A stretch of DNA of 64,000 nucleotides from NCBI GenBank assembly GCA_050259595.1, contig JBLNAX010000096.1, positions 2,734 to 66,733 on the forward strand, read 5' to 3'. Both the position numbers and the translations under genes were made by a program. The notes under the pieces were generated by a model. That model was given only the letters and a program-made list of their open reading frames with translations. It did not search any database and was not told the origin of the DNA. Below, in pieces: positions 38,307 through 47,784 of the stretch. Each line of letters starts with the position of its first letter. Position 1 is the first letter of the stretch. The stretch is from Acidobacteriota bacterium. GTDB taxonomy: Bacteria > Bacillota > Syntrophomonadia > Syntrophomonadales > DTU052.

Positions 38307-40787
38307 ATGACCTTTAGAGCTGGATTTTATAAGAAAAACCTGAGGGATGGTCATAAGAAGGCCAGGATCGGATTAACAGTCGCTTTGTGTGTGATCCTAG
38401 TATTCGGCATCATCATTCCTGGAAATGCGGCTTCATTCAAAGATCTAAATGCGAATATATCGATATATCCATTTGCTGCATACCTATCGGCCAAGAACAT
38501 TATGGGTGGTTATCCAGATGGCACTTTTCACGCGGAAAGAACATTCACCCGCGCACAAATGGTAGTTCTCCTATGTAAGGTGAAATGCTTGAACACTAAC
38601 CAACCACAACCAATAAGTTTCAAAGACGTAAAAACATCTCACTGGGCTTATAAATACATCGGAGCTGCAGTAAAAGCAGGGTTGGTTACAGGTTATCCCG
38701 GTGGTTATTTCCGCCCTGATGCTCCGGTGACCAGGGCTGAAGTAGCGGCAATGTTGATAAGTCTGACCAGCGAAGAGACTCCCATCTTAAGTCTCCCAAC
38801 TAACATCAGTGATGTATCGCAGTCTCACTGGGCCCGCAAGCAGATCGCAGCGGTCATTGATGCTGGTTTTGTTCCGCCGCTAAGTTATGCAGGATTTGCC
38901 CCGGACAGCCCGGCCAAACGTGGACAGGTAGCCCAAGGTTTGGCTATGCTTCTTACTACAGCATCTGAGTACATAACAGTGCCGTTATCCACGACATTGG
39001 TCAAACTAAACGGGGAAGTCAGCCTAACAGACAACCAAGGACAGGCGAAATCAATCACTGGATCTGCCGCATGTAAGGTAGGAGATACGATCAAAACGGG
39101 AGCCAGCGGAGAAGCTGAGATCCAGTTCCCGGATGGTTCTAGTATTTTAATGGAACCGTCTTCGGTGCTGAAAATAGTTAGTACTAGTGGGCAGGCTGTG
39201 ATCAAGGCCAATGGCGACCCGGGAACGGCTGTGGATTTTGCTGAATTTGAGCTGCCGCAGGGCAGGATATTTGGGGTCTTGGCTTCAAATTCAGATCCTT
39301 CTGGGGATGCTGCTGAGTATGATGTCGGTGCCGGGCAACAGAATACAAACAGTAATCTATTTGCTGCCAGTTCCCAGTCGGAAAAGGCTAAAAAAGCATG
39401 GTGGAAGAAGGCGGCTAGTTCACGGGTGCGCATCAAGATAGATATGCCCTGGACAGTAGCGGGCATTCGCGGCACTGTGTGGATGAACGAGGTGTCCGCC
39501 AGCGCTCAGACAGTTTCGGTTGTTGAGGGTGCTGTAAATGTTTCCGCCGGTGCTGGAGCGGTCAATGTTGAGGAAGGGCAATATAGTGTGGTTGCAGGTT
39601 CTGGAAGACAACCGGATGCTCCCAAGCCACTCACGTTGGGCGAGCGTAAAAAGTGGAACGCGTCGAAAGACTGGCTGAGCCGCAGTCTAAACCGGATAAA
39701 GCTCAATGTTCCTTTGAATATGAAACGTCCTATTGTGTCTGAACAGGTATTGCGCATAGAAAGCCGCTTTGAAGATTTAATGGCTAATACAGACGGTCCG
39801 AATGAAATACAGAGTCCCCAGGACCAGACTTCTTCAGGCACAAAATATATTCAATCAGTTCAGATTACTGGGGTGCCTGCCGCAGGGGCTACATTGACGG
39901 GGAATGTAAATCTAGCTGCTATGACCGTAAAGCCCCAAGGCAAGTTTGTTTATAAGTGGTATATCGGGCTTAACCAGGATGGTTCCGATAAGACTCCTAT
40001 TGCCAACGCAAACAGATTAGAATATGCAGTTAAATCCACCGATCTAGAACACTATATTTTCTTTGAAGCTTCATTCCAGAATTCTGAAGGTGATATAACT
40101 GAAACGGCTTTGAGCAGTCCCGTGGGATCTTCCAAAGAAGCTCAACCGGTTATCCAGTCGGTGCAGATAAGTGGTGAGCCTTACACGACTGCTGTACTGG
40201 CGGGCAGTGCCAGCTACGATAGGACTGCTTTGTCGAAGGGGGCTATTATATATAAGTGGTACAGCGATCTGAAGCCAGATGGTATAAATCGGGTTCCGAT
40301 AGAGAATGCCACCGGGAGTCAGTATACTTTGTCTGCCAATGATGTTGGGCGGTATATGTTCCTTGAAGCGGCTTTCCAGACCAGTTCGGGTAAGGTCACT
40401 GAAAGAGTAATCAGCAACTCTATAGGACCGATAAGACAACTGCCCCAGGTAATTCAATCGGTGCAGATAAGCGGGGAACCCGTTACTGGAAGTATATTGA
40501 GTGGGAGTGTTACATACTCTACCAGGGCCACCCCGGATGGGACAATCACCTATAAGTGGTATAGAGGATCAACAACTGATGGCTCAGACAAGACTTTGAT
40601 CCCCGATGCAACAGGGATCCAGTATACTTTAACATCGCTTGATGTTAATCAATATGTTTTCCTGGAAGTCACAGTCTCTAAGAGCGGAATAAGTCAGTCT
40701 ATGCAGAGTTCGCCGAAAGGCCCAGTAAGGGTGCTGCTCAAGGTCCCTACGGGAACGGTGCCGCTGGCACCTATAATACGCAGATAA
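38307..40787 (+). CDS. S-layer protein: three SLH domains, FecR domain, three Ig-like repeats
   Basis: SLH motifs GYPDGTF, GYPGGYFRPDAPVTRAE; FecR motifs GDTIKTG..GEAEIQFPDGS and VAGIRGT; three repeats IQSVQI[TS]G.P...L.G...YKWY...[PL]I..A....Y.....D...Y.F.E. Confidence 0.88.
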   Translation: MTFRAGFYKKNLRDGHKKARIGLTVALCVILVFGIIIPGNAASFKDLNANISIYPFAAYLSAKNIMGGYPDGTFHAERTFTRAQMVVLLCKVKCLNTNQPQPISFKDVKTSHWAYKYIGAAVKAGLVTGYPGGYFRPDAPVTRAEVAAMLISLTSEETPILSLPTNISDVSQSHWARKQIAAVIDAGFVPPLSYAGFAPDSPAKRGQVAQGLAMLLTTASEYITVPLSTTLVKLNGEVSLTDNQGQAKSITGSAACKVGDTIKTGASGEAEIQFPDGSSILMEPSSVLKIVSTSGQAVIKANGDPGTAVDFAEFELPQGRIFGVLASNSDPSGDAAEYDVGAGQQNTNSNLFAASSQSEKAKKAWWKKAASSRVRIKIDMPWTVAGIRGTVWMNEVSASAQTVSVVEGAVNVSAGAGAVNVEEGQYSVVAGSGRQPDAPKPLTLGERKKWNASKDWLSRSLNRIKLNVPLNMKRPIVSEQVLRIESRFEDLMANTDGPNEIQSPQDQTSSGTKYIQSVQITGVPAAGATLTGNVNLAAMTVKPQGKFVYKWYIGLNQDGSDKTPIANANRLEYAVKSTDLEHYIFFEASFQNSEGDITETALSSPVGSSKEAQPVIQSVQISGEPYTTAVLAGSASYDRTALSKGAIIYKWYSDLKPDGINRVPIENATGSQYTLSANDVGRYMFLEAAFQTSSGKVTERVISNSIGPIRQLPQVIQSVQISGEPVTGSILSGSVTYSTRATPDGTITYKWYRGSTTDGSDKTLIPDATGIQYTLTSLDVNQYVFLEVTVSKSGISQSMQSSPKGPVRVLLKVPTGTVPLAPIIRR

Positions 40788-40812
40788 TGATTAGGATTGA
40801 AATGATCACAAA

Positions 40813-40857
40813 ATATGGAAAAGGCCGTGCTTCAGATAAGTACGGCCTTTTCCATAT
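40813..40857. terminator. Bidirectional terminator
   Basis: ATATGGAAAAGGCCGT...ACGGCCTTTTCCATAT. Confidence 0.8.
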
Positions 40858-40872
40858 CGTTCGGTAAATAAT

Positions 40873-42735
40873 CTATAATGGCAGTGTGAAAGAAAAGCTG
40901 CTGCCTTGGCCAGCGGTACTTTCTACCCAGATCCGCCCTCTGTGAGCTTCCACGATCTCCTTGCATATCGATAGGCCGAGGCCAGTCCCAACAGGCTTGT
41001 TTGTGAGGGTGTCGCCTACTTGTTTGAACTTCTCAAACACCTTATCAATATCTTCTGGGGCAATACCAATGCCGGTGTCTATAACTGAGATGACCACTGT
41101 GTTCCCAGTAAGTCGGGCACTGCATGTGATTTTGCCCGATGAAGTGAATTTGGCAGCATTTGAAATGAGATTGATGAGGACTTGAATCAACCGGTCACGA
41201 TCACCCGTCACTGTTGGCAGGTCAAGTGGGACTTCCTTAACCATTTCTAAGCTGGATCGTATAAATAATGACGCAGTTGCGGATATAGCCTGATCTACTA
41301 TCTCGTTGACCACGACCGGATCATGTTTCCAGTCGACCTGGTGGGCTTCCATTTTGGCAACATCCAAGAGGTCATTTATGAGGGTGGTCAAACGCACGCT
41401 CTCTGAAAGAATTATATCCAGATCTTGTTCAACTTGATTGATAGCTTTGACTACTTTTTTGTCAATGGCTTCAGTGTGGGGAAGTATCGAATCATTCAGG
41501 CGTTTTTTGGTCATGTTGGCAAAGCCTCGGATAGAAGTCAGTGGGGTCCGAAGTTCATGGGAAACCGTCGATAGGAAATTGGTTTTCATAGTATCCAATT
41601 CCTTGAGTTGTTCATTGGATCTGCGCAGAGCCTCTTCGACTTCCAAACGTTCAGCTATTTCCTGCTGAAGCTGTCTTGCCTGCCTGATATCCTGGGCTAC
41701 GACCACCACGCCCATGACTTCTCCTCGTTTATTCTTGATCGAAGATCCAGACACATTTACCGGAACCGAGCCGCCATCCGCCGTCCGATAGTCCATTTCC
41801 AAAACCTTGCCGTGCGGGAAATCTCCCTTGATCATGTTTTCTACTTCATATCGCAGATCCTGTGGCCTGGTGGATATTTCTTCAACCAGGCTGCCTGCCA
41901 GTTCTGATTCGCTGAAACCCAACATTTCTGCGGTACGGCGATTAATGCTAAGTATCTTGCGTTTAGGGTTTACCAGGATCAACAGGTCCATAACTCGAGA
42001 CACGATTTCATAGGCAGCGATCTCGGTCGTCAAAACCATTAGTTCATAATTCGATATCGCATACCAGATGCCGAAAACCCAAATCAGGATTATACTGGCG
42101 GCTAGTGCGGGGAAGGGGTGTTTAGCCATCGCTGGAATTATAATATTAGTTAGAGTGCCCAGAATCAGAGCTGCGACACCTAGACCAGTTACGATCCGAG
42201 CCTGTCGCTTTTCGCGAAAATCGTCCGAATGCCGTCCCCACCACCATGTAGAGAATAGTCCCAGTACAACGTATGAGGAATAGTAACACACGAAAGCAAT
42301 CATCCAGGGTTGGCTTCCGGCAGAAATCTCTACCCAGCCCATGTTAGTGTGAAGCAGGTCACTGGTAGTGAGGATCCCTGTCCATGCTTTAATAATAAAT
42401 ATCGTAGCGGGGAGATAGAGTAGAGGAAATAGCCATTTCTTACGGAGAACTGATTTGCGTTGTGATAGAAGCAGCATAAAATGGAGGTTAATGGCGGGAA
42501 ATGTACACCACCCTAAGGATGATATCTTAAGCCAGAACCAGGCCCAGCTTTTATCGGGCGCGGAGTATAAAAAAGAATAGAAGAAAGCCCATATAGCATA
42601 ACTCATGCACAAAGCAAAAAAAGACCTATTGAGTGCAGCCCGGGTATTAAGACGATAAGCAAATACACCCAGGTACAAATAAATGATTGCGGATGAGAAA
42701 GACAATAGAGTGAAAAAAATCATTTTGAACTCCAA
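40873..42735 (-). CDS. Sensor histidine kinase (7TM N-terminal domain, PAS, HisKA, HATPase)
   Basis: VSHELRTPLTSI, NLISNAAKF, DTGIGI, GTGLGL; about 7 TM helices. Confidence 0.95.
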   Translation of the reverse strand: MEFKMIFFTLLSFSSAIIYLYLGVFAYRLNTRAALNRSFFALCMSYAIWAFFYSFLYSAPDKSWAWFWLKISSLGWCTFPAINLHFMLLLSQRKSVLRKKWLFPLLYLPATIFIIKAWTGILTTSDLLHTNMGWVEISAGSQPWMIAFVCYYSSYVVLGLFSTWWWGRHSDDFREKRQARIVTGLGVAALILGTLTNIIIPAMAKHPFPALAASIILIWVFGIWYAISNYELMVLTTEIAAYEIVSRVMDLLILVNPKRKILSINRRTAEMLGFSESELAGSLVEEISTRPQDLRYEVENMIKGDFPHGKVLEMDYRTADGGSVPVNVSGSSIKNKRGEVMGVVVVAQDIRQARQLQQEIAERLEVEEALRRSNEQLKELDTMKTNFLSTVSHELRTPLTSIRGFANMTKKRLNDSILPHTEAIDKKVVKAINQVEQDLDIILSESVRLTTLINDLLDVAKMEAHQVDWKHDPVVVNEIVDQAISATASLFIRSSLEMVKEVPLDLPTVTGDRDRLIQVLINLISNAAKFTSSGKITCSARLTGNTVVISVIDTGIGIAPEDIDKVFEKFKQVGDTLTNKPVGTGLGLSICKEIVEAHRGRIWVESTAGQGSSFSFTLPL

Positions 42736-42787
42736 ATCGGAAGGGATCAGATAAATTAATTATAATGGTTGGATGGTAGTTTGTCTT

Positions 42788-43216
42788 TTATTGGTCCGTG
42801 TTTTCGTCAGCAATATCATAGACGTGATACCGGTATTTGTCATAAAACCCTATCAGTTCGTGAACTCCAGATGACTGGTCATCTCGTGCTTTGGCCTTAC
42901 CCCTGCGAGGGTCGACTTTGGTACCCATCCACATATCTGCAGTGCCGTCCGAATAAAAGGTGGCGCCGGCTGAAACCAGTTGTTTGCCGTTCATTCTTGC
43001 CCAGTTTTGAGCCATTTTAAAATCACCGCGACATGACGAAATATTCTTTTCCAGTTCTTTGCGTTGCTCGGCGTCCACTGTATCACTTATGAACATTTTA
43101 AATCGGCCGTTGTTAAAACTAGCGAAGGCAACAGGCAGTTTAGCTGCTTTAGCTCCCCGTTTGGTCGTCCTGGTCAGACTTTTTTTACCAGCAGCACTTT
43201 TCGGCACAGTCACCAT
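42788..43216 (-). CDS. Hypothetical protein
   Basis: 142 aa, AGAGGAGG RBS; basic N-terminal tail. Confidence 0.65.
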   Translation of the reverse strand: MVTVPKSAAGKKSLTRTTKRGAKAAKLPVAFASFNNGRFKMFISDTVDAEQRKELEKNISSCRGDFKMAQNWARMNGKQLVSAGATFYSDGTADMWMGTKVDPRRGKAKARDDQSSGVHELIGFYDKYRYHVYDIADENTDQ

Positions 43217-43350
43217 CCTCCTCTAGTTCCTGATGTGAGTCTTATCGAGTAAGTTTTTGTAAAGCTTGAGTGCCGAATACAATTCTGATTAGCAGTTCCC
43301 TGCGATTGGAATAATGTAAAGTGATCAATTAACTGAGGAGTGATAATTTC

Positions 43351-43491
43351 TTGAATAAGGAATTTGCCGACACAGTAGGTTTAGAACGCATAAAAAGGGC
43401 CTTGGAGGCCCTTGGTGATGATCCCGAATGTTTAAACCCTTTGTTGATAACAGATGAGGCTTTCTCTGAAACACCCCGGCATGACGCCTAA
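43351..43491 (+). CDS. Small hypothetical protein (46 aa)
   Basis: Below the ORF-track cutoff; GAGGAG RBS and TTG start: MNKEFADTVGLERIKRALEALGDDPECLNPLLITDEAFSETPRHDA. Confidence 0.4.
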   Translation: MNKEFADTVGLERIKRALEALGDDPECLNPLLITDEAFSETPRHDA

Positions 43492-43526
43492 AATCCTCTA
43501 TAGAGTGCAGAGAAAAAGTCGGCAGC

Positions 43527-44435
43527 CTAATTGCCAACCAACACATCAATGTCGAGTGGTATGCCCTTTTCTGGTGCTAAAACCAAGGATATTGCTTCAT
43601 TGGGGCAGTGTGAAACACATATTCCGCAGCCCATACAAAGCTCCATGTCTAACTCAGGGCTTTCTGTGACTTCCCCTATGGCTTTAAAGTAGCAGTAATC
43701 GGTACATGCTCCACACCCGGTACAGAGTTCGCTGTCGACTATTGGTTTGTACCCGGAATGAACGATTCTCGGAACCCCGCGAAGATACGATTTCATCCCC
43801 AGGCAGCAGCAGGAGCAGCAGTTACATATGGCATAGAAACGGTCGTGATTGCTTTCCTTGAACCAGGCGGTATGAATGTGGCCGCGCTCTTCTTCGGCAT
43901 CAATAATGGCCAGAGCTTCCTCCACAGTCAGCTTGCGGGCAGTTTTCTGATGCTCCACCACAAAAGTAGCAAAGGGTTCTCCTACCACCAGGCAAACATC
44001 GCGAGGCAGGCAGGCATCCTCTTTCTGAGCCCTGCAAGGGCATTCTATTACAGAGATGCTGGGGAGCGGCTCGCGGAGAATGATGCTTTTGGCGACCCGA
44101 TAGGGAACAACATGCTCCAAGTCAGGCAGATTAACAGGTTTGTCCAGTTTAATGATCTTTGCCGCATCAGTTTTGGTGATTACTTTACCATGATAGGTTT
44201 CGCCTGCATTTGATTTTTCGGTCCAGCGAGCCAGCCATAACCAGCTGGCAGGTTTTAGATAGAGATCAGGCCGAACTCCATAAAAATAGGCAACTGCCTT
44301 ATTGAACAGCGAGATGTCGGATTCTTTGTATACATCCAAAGTGGATTTTTTGGGAAATAGTGATCTTTCCATCCAGAGCCAGCCAATCAATGAAATGACG
44401 GCCAGGATACCGATAACAATCACAAAGATCTTCAT
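43527..44435 (-). CDS. Membrane-anchored 4Fe-4S dicluster protein
   Basis: CPCR, ICNCCSCCC, CTGCGACTDYC, CMGCGICVSHCP. Confidence 0.9.
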   Translation of the reverse strand: MKIFVIVIGILAVISLIGWLWMERSLFPKKSTLDVYKESDISLFNKAVAYFYGVRPDLYLKPASWLWLARWTEKSNAGETYHGKVITKTDAAKIIKLDKPVNLPDLEHVVPYRVAKSIILREPLPSISVIECPCRAQKEDACLPRDVCLVVGEPFATFVVEHQKTARKLTVEEALAIIDAEEERGHIHTAWFKESNHDRFYAICNCCSCCCLGMKSYLRGVPRIVHSGYKPIVDSELCTGCGACTDYCYFKAIGEVTESPELDMELCMGCGICVSHCPNEAISLVLAPEKGIPLDIDVLVGN

Positions 44436-44619
44436 AGAGCACCTCCTTTATACAATCAGTTATACGCTTTTATACAAAAATTAACCAGGGATAACAATTG
44501 ATAAAAGAAAGTTTTGTCTCAGTATTACCGATAACATATATATGTATTGTAGCTTAATGTGCTCATTAATTCTGTAGATTCTGTATTGGAATGCATCCAG
44601 ATATTTAAGTGCCAAGCAA

Positions 44620-45156
44620 ATGACAATTATTTTGGGGGGTTGGCTTGTGGTCCAAAAGAAGCATATCCTTAAAGTGGCTGATTTCGTCAATAAGATGGTC
44701 GATACCATTGTGGGAAGGGATACCCCGGTCAATATTAGTGGTGATGAACTGAATCCAGATGAAGTAGAGCGATTGAGGGAATATGTGCCGATTTTCAGGG
44801 TTCAGGTACTGCTTCTGATGATGGAAGCATCCTCCCAAACCGAAGCCCAGGTTCTAGCACGCAGCAGCCTGGTTCTGGAGGCAGTCAGCAGCAGTGTTAA
44901 GAAACATGGATTGACTCAGGAACAAGCAGTTGCTTATGGTGAGGAGATAATCGATATGCATATAGCTTATCAGACTCGAGTCATGCAGACCGAGCAGAAT
45001 CCGCAGGACCAGTTGTTCTGCGCGTGTATGGTTTTTGCAGAAAAGGTGTTTCCAAGCTTCAAACCCACTTCCGAACATAGGATCACAGCTTTGTCTGTGG
45101 CCAAACAGATATACCGCAACATGGAGAACATTATGAACAGCGTGATTTTGACTTAG
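44620..45156 (+). CDS. Hypothetical protein
   Basis: 178-aa helical ORF; start possibly GTG at 44647. Confidence 0.6.
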   Translation: MTIILGGWLVVQKKHILKVADFVNKMVDTIVGRDTPVNISGDELNPDEVERLREYVPIFRVQVLLLMMEASSQTEAQVLARSSLVLEAVSSSVKKHGLTQEQAVAYGEEIIDMHIAYQTRVMQTEQNPQDQLFCACMVFAEKVFPSFKPTSEHRITALSVAKQIYRNMENIMNSVILT

Positions 45157-45290
45157 TAGTTTTCAAAAACACAAAGTGTAATATATAGGGATAACTGGAA
45201 CCGTCCGTGCTGCTACGGGTGGTTTTTCACAGGTAGTAAGAAATGTGCTAATACGACGTAGTTGTTGAGAGAGCGATTGGGGGAGATGCC

Positions 45291-45689
45291 ATGAGACTAG
45301 CGTGCTGTGGCAATGACTGCGAGATTTGCCCACGATATACAGCCACCCAGATTGAGGAAATTAGTGAGCTAGAAAGAGTTCTGGATATATGGAAGAGAGC
45401 AGGCTGGCGTGATGATTCGGCAAACGTGGAAGATATGAGATGCAGCGGCTGTTCCACCGCCAATCCATGCCGCTACGAAATCGCTGCATGTGCAGCAGAA
45501 AGAGCTGTAGCTAATTGCGGTCTGTGTGCCGAATACCCGTGCCAGCGAGTCAAAGAAACATTTCGTAGGACTCAGGAATATGCGGATGTGTGCCGCGCAA
45601 TCTTCCCCGATGACATTTTTGAGCCCTTAGAACGCTCATTCTTCTTTAAGAAAGAGAATCTCGAACAGGTTAAAGCTGGTAAAAAATAG
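45291..45689 (+). CDS. DUF3795-like Cys-rich protein
   Basis: CCGNDCEICP, CSGC, CRYEIAACA, NCGLCAEYPC. Confidence 0.88.
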   Translation: MRLACCGNDCEICPRYTATQIEEISELERVLDIWKRAGWRDDSANVEDMRCSGCSTANPCRYEIAACAAERAVANCGLCAEYPCQRVKETFRRTQEYADVCRAIFPDDIFEPLERSFFFKKENLEQVKAGKK

Positions 45690-45698
45690 CCGGTTATT

Positions 45699-46367
45699 TT
45701 AGCCAAGTGGTGCTTCGGTTTGCAGTCCTGCATTTGCTGGTTCCGGTTGATTGATGCCAAAATACAAGGCTAGTAAACGAATGATAACAGTGGTGAAAAA
45801 GCAGATATATAGTGGAATCATCCCGCCTATGAAATGCCGGGAGACAACCAGGGATGCTGCACCGATAATTGAGGCAGTTGCGTAGATCTCGCGTTTAAAG
45901 ATAAGTGGTATTTCTTGAGCGAAAATGTCCCTAATAACCCCCCCGCCGACTCCGGTGATGACCCCGATAGCTATGGCAATGAAGTTCGAAGTCACTGGCT
46001 GTTGAAAGGCAATATTGGCTCCAATAGCGGTGTACACGCCCAAGCCGATGGCATCGAAAAAGAGAATGAATTTAACCTTGCTGCCAGTAAACTTGCGTGG
46101 AAATATCATTACTAAAAACGCGACTGCCATGGCGACAATAGTAAACACTGGCCTCCTCAAAGCCGTAGGCGGTAAATAGCCAATAAGCATGTCGCGGATG
46201 ATCCCGCCACCTAAGGCGGTGGAAATACCCAGAACTATGATCCCGAAGAAATCCAGACGCTTTTTGACCCCTAACAAAGCCCCGGAGACCGCCGAAGCAA
46301 TTATTCCTATGTAGGTGAAAATATCAAACAAACCCATAAATCGTTTCCCCGCAGCCATGTGATTCAC
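45699..46367 (-). CDS. Trimeric intracellular cation channel family / UPF0126 membrane protein
   Basis: Duplicated TALGGGIIRD and TGVGGGVIRD motifs; DAIGLG; REIYA. Confidence 0.9.
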   Translation of the reverse strand: MNHMAAGKRFMGLFDIFTYIGIIASAVSGALLGVKKRLDFFGIIVLGISTALGGGIIRDMLIGYLPPTALRRPVFTIVAMAVAFLVMIFPRKFTGSKVKFILFFDAIGLGVYTAIGANIAFQQPVTSNFIAIAIGVITGVGGGVIRDIFAQEIPLIFKREIYATASIIGAASLVVSRHFIGGMIPLYICFFTTVIIRLLALYFGINQPEPANAGLQTEAPLG

Positions 46368-46561
46368 TTATGCAATAAACATAGCACAAGAATGATGTAT
46401 TTTACATGTTAGAAATGCTGTTTTTTATTGGGGCTAAGTGAAACGAAAGATTCGAACTGCGCCTAATTCTTGCTTAAAAAATGGCTCTTGTCATGTCATG
46501 ATATTTTCTCGACATTTTTAAACATTGGTCAATGAAAAGAAATAGGGTAGTATTACATAAG

Positions 46562-46575
46562 TGACCCGCGAGTCA
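46562..46575. promoter_or_regulatory. Possible TetR-type operator of the RND operon
   Basis: TGAC-CCGCGA-GTCA palindrome upstream of the efflux genes. Confidence 0.35.
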
Positions 46576-46664
46576 ATTTATTGTTGTTGGTTTTTCAAAG
46601 GTAATTTTAATAGTTTTATGGTATTAAAAATTATATGCATATGCGGTTCGGAGGAGGAATAGTT

Positions 46665-47753
46665 TTGCGCAAGTTGGGTGTAGTCCTATTAGCTGTATTA
46701 TTGGTAATCTCTGCGATTGGAATAGGCGGCTGCGGTCAGAAGGCGGACACCCCGTCTACAGAAACAAGTGTGGAGAACGTGATCAATGCAAACACCACAG
46801 GAGTGTTTTTAGGTCCACTACAGGAAAGAATCACGCTTAGCGGTAAGCTGGATGCCCTTAACCTAGCTAACGTGGTGGCTAAAACTCCGGGCAAAGTAGC
46901 TAAGCTACTGGTGGATGTAGGCAGCCGGGTCTCCGCAGGACAGACCATGATCGTATTAGAGTCAGAGGATCTAGCGGCTTCTTTGGCTTCAGCTCAGGCT
47001 GGTGTGGATAATGCCCAGGTGTCACTTGACCTGGCCAGCAGCCAGTATGAAAGAGGGAAAGCCCTTCATGTTCAGGGGGCTATAACCCAGGCTGATTTCG
47101 AAAACAACTATGAGGGTCCTTGGAAGAAAGCCGAAGTTGCGTTAAAGACGGCGCAGGCTTCGCTAGCCCAAGCCCGTGCCAAATATAACGATGCCATGAT
47201 CAAATCTCCGCTGGCCGGTGTTATAACGGCTAGAAACATCAATGTTGGAGAACTAGCCGGTTCTTCCAGCCCGCTTGTTACTGTAATGAGTCTGGATAAA
47301 GTGGTAGTCATGGTCAATGTGAATGAAGATCAGGTCAACAAGCTTAAAGTGGGACAGGATGTGAAAGTCAAAGTAAGTGCAGTATCTGACAGCCCCTTTA
47401 CCGGGAAGATTTCAAATATTGCGCTGGCAGCCAACACTTCCAGTAAAGTCTTTCCAGTTAAGATCCAGATCGATAACCAGGACCATGTGTTAAAGCCTGG
47501 AATGTTTGCGGACGTGACCTTTACGTGGACTGATAAACCGGGGTTATTGGTGCCCCTCACTGCGGTTGTGCAGGATAATGGGAGCCACAAAGTGTTTGTT
47601 ATAAAAGACGGTGCTGCCAAATCGGTAAGAATCAGTATTGGTAAATCCGATTCCAAGAATACACAGGTAATTTCAGGGTTAAATGAAGGCGACATGGTGG
47701 TAGTCAATGTCCCTGATGGTCTAAAGGACGGGAGCAAGGTCAATACTCAATAA
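46665..47753 (+). CDS. RND efflux membrane-fusion (adaptor) lipoprotein
   Basis: Lipobox-like GGC; KTPGKVAKLLVDVG, IKSPLAGVI, LKPGMFA, GLNEGD; TTG start after GGAGGAGG. Confidence 0.92.
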   Translation: MRKLGVVLLAVLLVISAIGIGGCGQKADTPSTETSVENVINANTTGVFLGPLQERITLSGKLDALNLANVVAKTPGKVAKLLVDVGSRVSAGQTMIVLESEDLAASLASAQAGVDNAQVSLDLASSQYERGKALHVQGAITQADFENNYEGPWKKAEVALKTAQASLAQARAKYNDAMIKSPLAGVITARNINVGELAGSSSPLVTVMSLDKVVVMVNVNEDQVNKLKVGQDVKVKVSAVSDSPFTGKISNIALAANTSSKVFPVKIQIDNQDHVLKPGMFADVTFTWTDKPGLLVPLTAVVQDNGSHKVFVIKDGAAKSVRISIGKSDSKNTQVISGLNEGDMVVVNVPDGLKDGSKVNTQ

Positions 47754-47784
47754 TCTGGAATAGACGATTAAACCTTGATTTGGG

